Below, one piece after another: positions 1 to 6,838 of a stretch of 60,338 bases of DNA (positions are counted from its first letter, which is position 1; every line of letters starts with the position of its first letter). The position numbers and the translations under genes are program-made. A model generated the notes under the pieces. That model was not told where the DNA came from, did no database searches, and saw nothing but the letters and a program-made list of their open reading frames with translations. This DNA is from a virus (Duplodnaviria > Caudoviricetes), in the IMG/VR virus record IMGVR_UViG_3300000401_000002, positions 1 through 60,338 of that record. One strand, written 5' to 3'.

Positions 1-739
1 ACATAAAGCCTTCAACTAGAATAAATTTTATTATACCAAGAACTATACCTGGAGGGCCAGCCGCAGCAGATGCAACTGTAGATGCAACATTAGCACCTCT
101 TATAAGCCTTACAAATCTTCTAACACCTGCAACGCCTAATGCAACTATTGCTCTAATACCAAAATAAACTTGAGGTGCAACTACAGTTGCACACCAGGCT
201 CCTAAAAATCTTGCTTGTGCTAATTCGTACGCCTGACGAGCTAGTCCTGCTTCAAGCGGATTATTTGGCTCGCCTTGGTCATTTAAACTAATGTCGCCAT
301 ACGCACCGTTAGCATAGGATCTATAGTTTCTCATCATTTGATCCATTGCAGTTTCCCACATTTGAGTAGAAACTATAACAAATCCTCCAGCGCCTCCTAT
401 TGTGCGAATTCTTGCAAATTGTCTAGTCCATCTTTGCCTTGTTTCTCTTCTAGCTTGCGAAGTCTGAGTATCTTGTTTAGCTCGACGAGCTGCTTCCTTA
501 TCTCGCTCTCTCTGATTTCTTGCTCTTTGACGATTTGCATCTCGCTCTTGACGTTGTCTTTCAGCTGATGAAGATCTCCATCTTTCAACTTCTTGATCAT
601 ATTTTGCTTGAGCTTTTTCTTGTGTTGGCATAATGTCAGGAGTTCTACCCATTTCTTCAGGATATATTATTCGCCACATATTTTGACCAGGAACTCTTTC
701 CACATTTTCGTTTAGAGATACAATTTCAAAGATATTCAT
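1..739 (-). CDS. Late-expressed hypothetical protein, possibly an internal virion/ejection protein; 3' end runs off the window
   Basis: Not in the ORF track. Manual translation from ATG at 739 is open to position 1: MNIFEIVSLNENVERVPGQ..., an Arg/Gln-rich helical segment, then hydrophobic Gly/Ala-rich segments. AGGA RBS and a TATAAATA promoter lie upstream. Confidence 0.8.
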   Translation of the reverse strand, partial: MNIFEIVSLNENVERVPGQNMWRIIYPEEMGRTPDIMPTQEKAQAKYDQEVERWRSSSAERQRQERDANRQRARNQRERDKEAARRAKQDTQTSQARRETRQRWTRQFARIRTIGGAGGFVIVSTQMWETAMDQMMRNYRSYANGAYGDISLNDQGEPNNPLEAGLARQAYELAQARFLGAWCATVVAPQVYFGIRAIVALGVAGVRRFVRLIRGANVASTVASAAAGPPGIVLGIIKFILVEGFM

Positions 740-767
740 TTTTAGATAGTCCTAACTAATACAAGTG

Positions 768-775
768 TATTTATA
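768..775 (-). promoter_or_regulatory. T4-type late promoter TATAAATA
   Basis: Exact T4 gp55 late consensus ~30 nt upstream of the ATG at 739; a gp55-like sigma is encoded in the window. Confidence 0.8.
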
Positions 776-859
776 TGTTTCGTTTCACGAAACAAGTTTT
801 CGCTATCGCTCAAACTAATTACTTCGTATTTGATTATGTATAAGTGGATTAATTATATA

Positions 860-1304
860 TGAAGAAACGCATTACGAATGTAATGCGTCTTAGTTTCATG
901 TAGATTGTTTCAGTCAGACGGAACCTGTTACGGTCCCGTCGTCTCAAAAAAGTGCTTCATGTGAGTTCGCCACCAGCCGAGACTTGGAAGTAGGTGTTTG
1001 TTATACTGCTACACAATGGGCTCTGACCTTTCCCAACCTACGTCGACATCAAAATATAGCTTATAAGCAATAATTTCTAAATTATAGCTAATACACTATA
1101 TTTCTACCTCTCGCTTCGTTCCTGTGCTAAAGAGTTTTTATGTGTAATGTGCAGTTTTTCGACAGCCAACAATCTATCTATACCAACCAGTGAGCCCAAT
1201 TTGTTTGATGGCTTCCTCTCTCTGGAGAGTCGATCAGTATGTTACGTGTGCAGGTATCACCCTAGCCTTTTCCACAGCGGTATTTTCAAACTGGCCCGCC
1301 AACC
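860..1304 (-). ncRNA. Candidate large structured non-coding RNA (~440 nt), family not assigned
   Basis: Only long gap without a credible ORF. GC is locally raised (~49% over 901-1050 by hand count). Helices: 917-925/932-940 (G-U wobble only on the minus strand), 941-945/979-983, 990-995/1036-1041, 1052-1059/1096-1103, 1216-1220/1225-1229, 1277-1280/1295-1298, plus a long-range 7-bp pairing 1017-1023/1192-1198. Ends are approximate. Confidence 0.7.
862..891 (-). terminator. 3' hairpin / possible intrinsic terminator closing the candidate ncRNA
   Basis: Perfect 9-bp stem (ACGCATTAC 867-875 / GTAATGCGT 880-888), followed on the minus strand by a weak U-rich tail UUCUUC. Confidence 0.45.
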
Positions 1305-1754
1305 TTATGTGTTGGATTGTTTTGCCTTGATGTCTTGTTCTAGCAAAGCCTTGCGCAATTTATCGGAACCGCCAACTCTAACATTAATAATTCCATTGTA
1401 ATACTCGTCGCTCTCTAATACACGGCGGTCAAATTGCTCTCTTGCCTCAATATAGGACATTTCTGCCCGGGACCTGCATAGATATAATATTTCTCTTGTG
1501 AAGTTTTCTGGGCCTAGTGCAGTGACGTCAGCGTTTAATCTATCGGATGAACCCCAATAAGTTTTCCAGTCTGACTCTTTGTATCCACGTCTTTTGTTTT
1601 TCTTGCCTTTTAGTGGTGGTTTGGTAGTTTTAAACTTGGCTAATTTTTTGCCTATATATTTCTGCCCAGTAGTGAGATTGGTGATGAGATAAACAAAGCC
1701 TTCATATTCGTCTGGTATAGTGTCAATTGTTTTCCCTTCATAAGTCCACTGCAT
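1305..1754 (-). CDS. GIY-YIG endonuclease (stand-alone catalytic domain, Seg/EndoII-like)
   Basis: GFVYLITN...KYIGKK motif pair, YWGSS, F-x-REIL, conserved Glu (YIEAREQ) and YYN. No C-terminal NUMOD/HTH DNA-binding module. Confidence 0.88.
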   Translation of the reverse strand: MQWTYEGKTIDTIPDEYEGFVYLITNLTTGQKYIGKKLAKFKTTKPPLKGKKNKRRGYKESDWKTYWGSSDRLNADVTALGPENFTREILYLCRSRAEMSYIEAREQFDRRVLESDEYYNGIINVRVGGSDKLRKALLEQDIKAKQSNT

Positions 1755-1759
1755 GAGTA

Positions 1760-1767
1760 TACTTATG
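1760..1767 (-). promoter_or_regulatory. Probable late-promoter variant CATAAGTA, giving a leaderless transcript
   Basis: TAAGTA resembles the TAAATA core and lies 5 nt before the ATG at 1754; no SD sequence in the 18-nt gap. Confidence 0.45.
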
Positions 1768-1772
1768 CGAGC

Positions 1773-1976
1773 CTAGTCAATTTTGCCTTCTTTTTTGGTG
1801 TTGTGTTTTTCATGTATTTCGTCCATGCGAATTTTAGCAAGCCTGCGTATTTCACGCAACCATTTTCTACTTTCGCGATGAGTACGAACACTATTTCGTG
1901 CCTCAAATTTTTCATTGGCTTTAAAATAAGCCATGTATGCCTTTGTTAATTGATCGTGTATATCGTCTTCTATCAT
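1773..1976 (-). CDS. Small basic helical protein, histone H1-like Hc1-type
   Basis: ANEKFEARNSVRTHRESRKWLREIRRLAK resembles the Hc1-like pattern (NEKF..GNK.AG.RARK.L.E..K); 4-nt overlap with the gp46 stop. Confidence 0.55.
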   Translation of the reverse strand: MIEDDIHDQLTKAYMAYFKANEKFEARNSVRTHRESRKWLREIRRLAKIRMDEIHEKHNTKKEGKID

Positions 1977-3745
1977 TCTACAATATCTAAATCATTTTCG
2001 TAACTAGTAAATCCATTTTCTTTAACAACTTTTAAAATGTGATTAACTCGTCCAACTAGTTCATCTTTATGACTAATCAAGAAAATATTTTTATTTCTTT
2101 CTCTAGCCATTTTCTTTAAAACACCAAGTGATCCTTCAACACCTGCTGTGTCCATACCGCTGTCAATAAGCTCGTCAATAAACAACAAGTTAATATTTTG
2201 ATATAGGCTTTCCCAAACGTCACGGAATGCAAAACTAAGACCTAAGATAAGTCTGTTGCGTTCGCCCCGTGATAAGTTGTCAAAGTCTAAGTCTTGACCT
2301 AGTTGTGTAATTTCTACACTTAGATCATTTTGGAACTGTACTTGATGCGGCAATCCTAATTTGTCAAGATAATAAGATAGTCTATTATTCAAGTATGCTA
2401 AATTTTGATCAATAATCTTTTTGCGAATAAAACTATCTTTGTTTGTTAGTAGTTTTTGCAAGAAGTCTTGATGTTCACGCAAACTTGTTAATTGGTTAAC
2501 TGTGTCCCAATTAATTTCTTGAAGTGCTTCTTGTTTTAATTCTTCAATTTGACTTTCGTAAGGGTCAACTTCTTGTTGTTTAGAATCAAGAGTAGTTTTT
2601 AAACTATCAACATTATTTCTATGCTCGTATGCTTCCTTTGCAGTTTCGTAATAAGTGTTAGGTCGACCGTTAATGTCTCCGATATCTGCAAGGCCTTTTA
2701 TAACTTCTTCTAGTTTATCAGCAACTTCTGTCTGATATGCTATTGCATCGTTTAATTCTTTTGCTTTTCTTGACTCGATTTCTGCCTTTTTGTCGGCATG
2801 TAATGCTTGTCCGCAAGTATAACATGTAGCATCGTCAAGATTTGCGATGTCTTTTTCTGCCTTTTCGACAGACTTAGTGGCACGTAGTAATGCACTCTCT
2901 AGTGTGCTTTTTTCTTTATTTAGAGCCAAAATAGCATTGTTCATTTCTGTCCAATTTGCTAATTTTTCATGTGCTTCTAGTTCTGATTCGATGTCTAATC
3001 TTTCTAATTCATCGATAGCTAATTGTAAATTTTCAATATCTTTACGTTTTTTTGATTGCCAAGCACTTTGCTTTACACCTAAACTTTTAATAGTTTCTTC
3101 TATATGTGCATTTGCTTTTTGCACTGCATCAATTCTTGCAGTTTCTGCATTAATTTCATCTTTAGTTCGACGAACTTGATCTTTTAGTGCTTCTGCCTTT
3201 TCGCTAAGAATAGTAATACCTAACAGTTGTTCGATAATAGCACGTTGGTCATTGGTGCGCATACTTAGGAAAGGTTCTGAATAGGTGTTTAGTGCAACAA
3301 TATGTTTGAACATATCGTGACTCATACCTAACAAGTCGTTGATAAACTCTTGAGTTTTACGACTATCACCTTGTGACTCGTCTGTAAGTTCTTGTTCTTG
3401 TTCATTGACATAGAACTTTAATACATTAGGAGAGCGTCCTCGCTCGATCCTATAGTCTTGTCCGTCCTTTTCAAAGTGTAAGGTGACCAACATTCCTTTA
3501 GAATTAGTCTTGTTGATAAGATTATTCCTTTTAATGTTGGTCAGTGCTTGACCGTACAAAGCGTATGACAATGCATTAATAATTGTCGTTTTACCAGTAC
3601 CGTTGCGTGAGCCAGAATCGTCACCTCCTTGATCTAAGTTTTCGCCAAGCACCAAAGTCAATTTTTCTTTGTTAAAGTCTACAGCCTGAGTTTGATTACC
3701 CACGCTCATGAAGTTTTTTACTGTAAGATCTTTTACTTTAATCAT
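1973..3745 (-). CDS. gp46: Recombination endonuclease ATPase subunit (T4 gp46 / SbcC / Rad50-like)
   Basis: Walker A RNGTGKTT, coiled coils, Zn-hook CYTCG, signature LSRGE, Walker B LLFIDE, ISH loop; adjacent to gp47. Confidence 0.95.
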   Translation of the reverse strand: MIKVKDLTVKNFMSVGNQTQAVDFNKEKLTLVLGENLDQGGDDSGSRNGTGKTTIINALSYALYGQALTNIKRNNLINKTNSKGMLVTLHFEKDGQDYRIERGRSPNVLKFYVNEQEQELTDESQGDSRKTQEFINDLLGMSHDMFKHIVALNTYSEPFLSMRTNDQRAIIEQLLGITILSEKAEALKDQVRRTKDEINAETARIDAVQKANAHIEETIKSLGVKQSAWQSKKRKDIENLQLAIDELERLDIESELEAHEKLANWTEMNNAILALNKEKSTLESALLRATKSVEKAEKDIANLDDATCYTCGQALHADKKAEIESRKAKELNDAIAYQTEVADKLEEVIKGLADIGDINGRPNTYYETAKEAYEHRNNVDSLKTTLDSKQQEVDPYESQIEELKQEALQEINWDTVNQLTSLREHQDFLQKLLTNKDSFIRKKIIDQNLAYLNNRLSYYLDKLGLPHQVQFQNDLSVEITQLGQDLDFDNLSRGERNRLILGLSFAFRDVWESLYQNINLLFIDELIDSGMDTAGVEGSLGVLKKMARERNKNIFLISHKDELVGRVNHILKVVKENGFTSYENDLDIVE

Positions 3746-4752
3746 AGTTCGTTATAAATGTCCAATAGCAGTTTTTTATTGAAGTTGTCACTTTCAATAG
3801 CACTGATTTCTTTAGTTACGATTTGATCTACACTTTCAAAGTGTTCAATATCAATTTCAGATGTAATTTCTTCGATTTGTTTCTGAGGAATTAGTGTAAT
3901 TTCTCTACATTCATATTGGTTGATAAATGTTTCTTTAATAAACTGTGCTTCTTCATAACTAATGGGCAAGTCTAATGTAACACGCAAATACATTTTAGGT
4001 TTAATAACTTTATCTGCATTATCAATTAATTCACTTAGTTTAATTGTACGATACTTAGGACAGTTCCACCAGTTTAAATATTCTGGTTCTTTATTATTTT
4101 CACGATCGAGAATCATCATACCGCGCTCATCGTCGCCTGCATCTGCATAGTTGTGCGGAAATGCATTACCGATATAATGAATTTTACCTTGCACTTGTCG
4201 TTTATGGAAGTGTCCTGAGAACACATATTCTTGATTTGCAAAATGTTGCGGACGCAAGTCACCGTGATCTGGCATTTGTACCATTGCGTTCATGTAAAAA
4301 CTAGGAAGCTCAAAGTGTCCAAACATATATTTGGCTTTGATTTTTTCAATCTTCTTCCATTCTTCGCCTACTAACCAAGGCACAAGTGCAACATCTTCTT
4401 CTTCGTAGATTTCGTCTACAAATGTAATACCATCAATGTGCTTACCAAATATAGTTGAACTTACATCACGCTTGTCTTTATAGTACAAATCGTGATTACC
4501 TACGAACATGTAAAACTTGTCAAATGCTTTGCCTAGTTTTTCTAAGGATCTAATAGTAGCATCCATTGTTGTTAGGTTTAGACTGTTACGGTTATGGTGC
4601 CAATCACCGCAAAAAATACCTGTTTCGCATCCATTTGCTTGTGCTTGCTCAATATACCAATCAATAAATTCTTCACAATCGTCGTTGTGTACACGACTAT
4701 TGCCTTTCAGTCCAAAGTGAATGTCTGTAAAGACAGCAGCTTTTTTAAACAA
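3742..4752 (-). CDS. gp47: Recombination endonuclease nuclease subunit (T4 gp47 / SbcD / Mre11-like)
   Basis: Metallophosphoesterase motifs DIHFG, GDWHH, GNHD, GHFE, SGHFH; TTG start with GGAG RBS. Confidence 0.95.
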   Translation of the reverse strand: MFKKAAVFTDIHFGLKGNSRVHNDDCEEFIDWYIEQAQANGCETGIFCGDWHHNRNSLNLTTMDATIRSLEKLGKAFDKFYMFVGNHDLYYKDKRDVSSTIFGKHIDGITFVDEIYEEEDVALVPWLVGEEWKKIEKIKAKYMFGHFELPSFYMNAMVQMPDHGDLRPQHFANQEYVFSGHFHKRQVQGKIHYIGNAFPHNYADAGDDERGMMILDRENNKEPEYLNWWNCPKYRTIKLSELIDNADKVIKPKMYLRVTLDLPISYEEAQFIKETFINQYECREITLIPQKQIEEITSEIDIEHFESVDQIVTKEISAIESDNFNKKLLLDIYNEL

Positions 4753-4782
4753 ACCGTAGTTTCTCCATAATTATTAGCTTTT

Positions 4783-4811
4783 AGTATACGATAAAAACGT
4801 ACAGGTGTCAA
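4783..4811 (-). promoter_or_regulatory. Sigma70-type promoter for gp47-gp46
   Basis: TTGACA (4811-4806), 17-nt spacer, TATACT (4788-4783). Confidence 0.8.
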
Positions 4812-5641
4812 CCTTTTTTATCTTTTGCAGCATTTTCTCTTGCAACCGCAGCTTCCCATTCGCCTGCGTGTTGTCTAGTATACGAAGGATTCATATCATT
4901 CATTTCTAAGATGTCATCACGTATGTTTTGATTTCGTTTTTCAAGGTTAATGACACGGACAAAACTGTTAGTAACAGCGGCAGTGTAATAAGCAAAAGGA
5001 TTGTTAGATTTTGATTCATCAAATTGTAGTCCAATCTGTGCAAGTTGTAGTATTGCTTGTCCTCGCATTTCGTCATTGTATGTGTAGCCTCGAACGTTGC
5101 CGCGAGTAGCATAACGATCGCATAGTTTCATCCACATAAGTGCAAGTTTGTCTGTTGCTTTAGCATGTTTCATACTAAAATGTCCATTTTCCATGCCACC
5201 GACCCAATGACTTTTACCTACACATTCTAGTTCGCCTTCATCGTTAAACTTATAATGCTGAAACGGAGGAAAGTTTAGTTTAACTTTAGTGTCTGCTACT
5301 GTTTTAGGATTCTTTTTACGCCCTGGCTCGTCTGGGATATGATCAAATGTCATGATACGGAAGATTAGTTCTTCTTTTGTAATCTTTTTATAGTCATGTT
5401 CGCACTCTGCTTGTTTAACTTTTTCACCAGCAGCTTTGCGTCTATCATATTCTTCAACTGATAAACGTTTTGCTTTGTTTCTTTTTGCTTCTGCAATAGT
5501 TCTAATGTTAATTTTGTCTATGCTAGGCAAGATAATATCAAACTGATGGTAGTCAGAGTCAACGAAACTACAGAATCTGCTTTTAGATTTGTGTATTTCT
5601 TTTAATATGTCCTTGTTGTTTAGATAATTTTGTTTTCTCAA
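4808..5641 (-). CDS. gp55: Late-transcription sigma factor (T4 gp55-like)
   Basis: N-terminal YLNNKDIL, then NVRGYTYNDEM...QFDESKSNNPFAYYT typical of gp55; synteny with gp47/gp46; TTG start. Confidence 0.88.
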   Translation of the reverse strand: MRKQNYLNNKDILKEIHKSKSRFCSFVDSDYHQFDIILPSIDKINIRTIAEAKRNKAKRLSVEEYDRRKAAGEKVKQAECEHDYKKITKEELIFRIMTFDHIPDEPGRKKNPKTVADTKVKLNFPPFQHYKFNDEGELECVGKSHWVGGMENGHFSMKHAKATDKLALMWMKLCDRYATRGNVRGYTYNDEMRGQAILQLAQIGLQFDESKSNNPFAYYTAAVTNSFVRVINLEKRNQNIRDDILEMNDMNPSYTRQHAGEWEAAVARENAAKDKKG

Positions 5642-5670
5642 AAGATTTCTCCGTTATTCATATTCTATAT

Positions 5671-5699
5671 ATTATAATATACTCTGTTAATAAAGTCAA
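5671..5699 (-). promoter_or_regulatory. Sigma70-type promoter for the late sigma gene
   Basis: TTGACT (5699-5694), 17-nt spacer, TATAAT (5676-5671). Confidence 0.8.
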
Positions 5700-5706
5700 C
5701 TAAATA
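5699..5706 (+). promoter_or_regulatory. Late promoter ACTAAATA for the baseplate operon
   Basis: TAAATA core upstream of the AGGAG RBS and ATG 5726; the same core precedes other structural genes. Confidence 0.7.
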
Positions 5707-5725
5707 ATACTATAGGAGAACACTT

Positions 5726-6535
5726 ATGGCACAACAAAATCCACAAAGCAGTATTGAAAGCATACAAGGTAGTGCATTAGAAGTCGGTGAATCAATTGCA
5801 AGTATTCCTAGTAATGTAGGACAAAAAGTTACAAATGCAATTTCAGACACAGGCTTTGGCAAAGCTCTAAGATCTGTAGGCTTACTGCCAGGTGCAGCAC
5901 CATCAAGTGGTACAGGGTTTGTAGATGCACAATGGGGATCGCAAACTGATTTAGACTGGCGAGTTCGTCTGTCTGTCCCGCAAAATTACAAATCTAGTAG
6001 ACTGCTAACGCCTTTACTTGAAACTAACGGATTTATGTTTCCATATACTCCTCAAATTATTATGGAACATAGTGCAAACTATAATGCACTACATCCTACA
6101 CATAGTAATTATGCTTTTCCTGCTTATCAAAATAGCCAAGTGAGTGCTATGACAATTATTGGAGACTTTTTTATTGAAAATGAAAAAGAAGGACAGTATT
6201 GGGTAGCAGCAACGCACTATTTACGTTCGATTACTAAAATGGCGTATGGTGCAACTAGCAATCAAGGTGCTCCGCCTCCAGTAGTAAAACTAAACGGATA
6301 CGGAGATTATGTATTCAAAGATGTTCCTGTAGTTGTACAAATGTTTACAGTTGAACTTCCGAATGATGTTGACTATATACAAGTTGGTGTAGGCGAAAAC
6401 GGAACTTGGGTTCCAACAAGAAGTTCGATATCAGTTGTAGTACAGCCAACATACAGTAGAAAGAGTGTTACTAACTTTAGTTTAGATGCATTTGTTAATG
6501 GACAGTACATAGTCGACGGCAAAGGATTTATCTAA
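5726..6535 (+). CDS. Baseplate/tail-tube initiator-type protein (gp48/gp54-like)
   Basis: FPYTPQI...HPTHSNY and PPPVVKLNGYG...VPVVV pattern of tube-fold baseplate proteins; first gene of the baseplate operon. Confidence 0.55.
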   Translation: MAQQNPQSSIESIQGSALEVGESIASIPSNVGQKVTNAISDTGFGKALRSVGLLPGAAPSSGTGFVDAQWGSQTDLDWRVRLSVPQNYKSSRLLTPLLETNGFMFPYTPQIIMEHSANYNALHPTHSNYAFPAYQNSQVSAMTIIGDFFIENEKEGQYWVAATHYLRSITKMAYGATSNQGAPPPVVKLNGYGDYVFKDVPVVVQMFTVELPNDVDYIQVGVGENGTWVPTRSSISVVVQPTYSRKSVTNFSLDAFVNGQYIVDGKGFI

Positions 6536-6837
6536 TGGCACAATACGAATCAACTAGTCCGTGGAATAAAACTAATGTAATACAAGGTCAGTATTTGGAT
6601 CTTTTAACTATTAGGCCAGTACCTGCTGAACCTGACGATATTTTATACACGGTGCAAACACAGTATACATACCGTCCTGATTTGTTAGCGTACGACTTAT
6701 ACGGATCAGAGAAATTATGGTGGGTATTTGCACAAAGAAACATGGACGTTATTAAAGATCCGGTATATGATATGGTGCCAGGTGTAAAAATCTATCTACC
6801 AAAAGGCGAAAATCTAGCACAACAACTAGGAATATAA
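6535..6837 (+). CDS. gp53: Baseplate wedge LysM-like protein (T4 gp53-like)
   Basis: YRPDLLAYDLYGSEKLWWVFAQRN...GVKIYLP motif. Confidence 0.8.
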   Translation: MAQYESTSPWNKTNVIQGQYLDLLTIRPVPAEPDDILYTVQTQYTYRPDLLAYDLYGSEKLWWVFAQRNMDVIKDPVYDMVPGVKIYLPKGENLAQQLGI

Positions 6838-6838
6838 T

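Noticed and set aside
338-600. Track ORFs 338-568 (+) and 397-600 (-)
   Set aside because: Both are shadows of the longer minus-strand ORF 739->1, which has an RBS and a late promoter.
860-1304. RNase P RNA, tmRNA, tRNA or group II intron identity for the structured segment
   Set aside because: No GAGGAAAGUCC P4 motif (only GAGGAAGCC), no tRNA-like ends or T-loop, no domain V. A cmscan is still needed for a firm exclusion.
1147-1401. 84-aa plus-strand ORF
   Set aside because: Antisense to the GIY-YIG 3' end and the structured segment; no RBS or promoter and atypical composition.
741-1754. Group I intron carrying a GIY-YIG homing endonuclease
   Set aside because: Flanking genes are intact with their own starts and stops, so there is no split exon. 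I found no ordered P7 pair (GACUA...UAGUC) on the minus strand. The AGATAGTCC at ~744-752 is on the other strand and is the complement of the downstream gene's RBS region.
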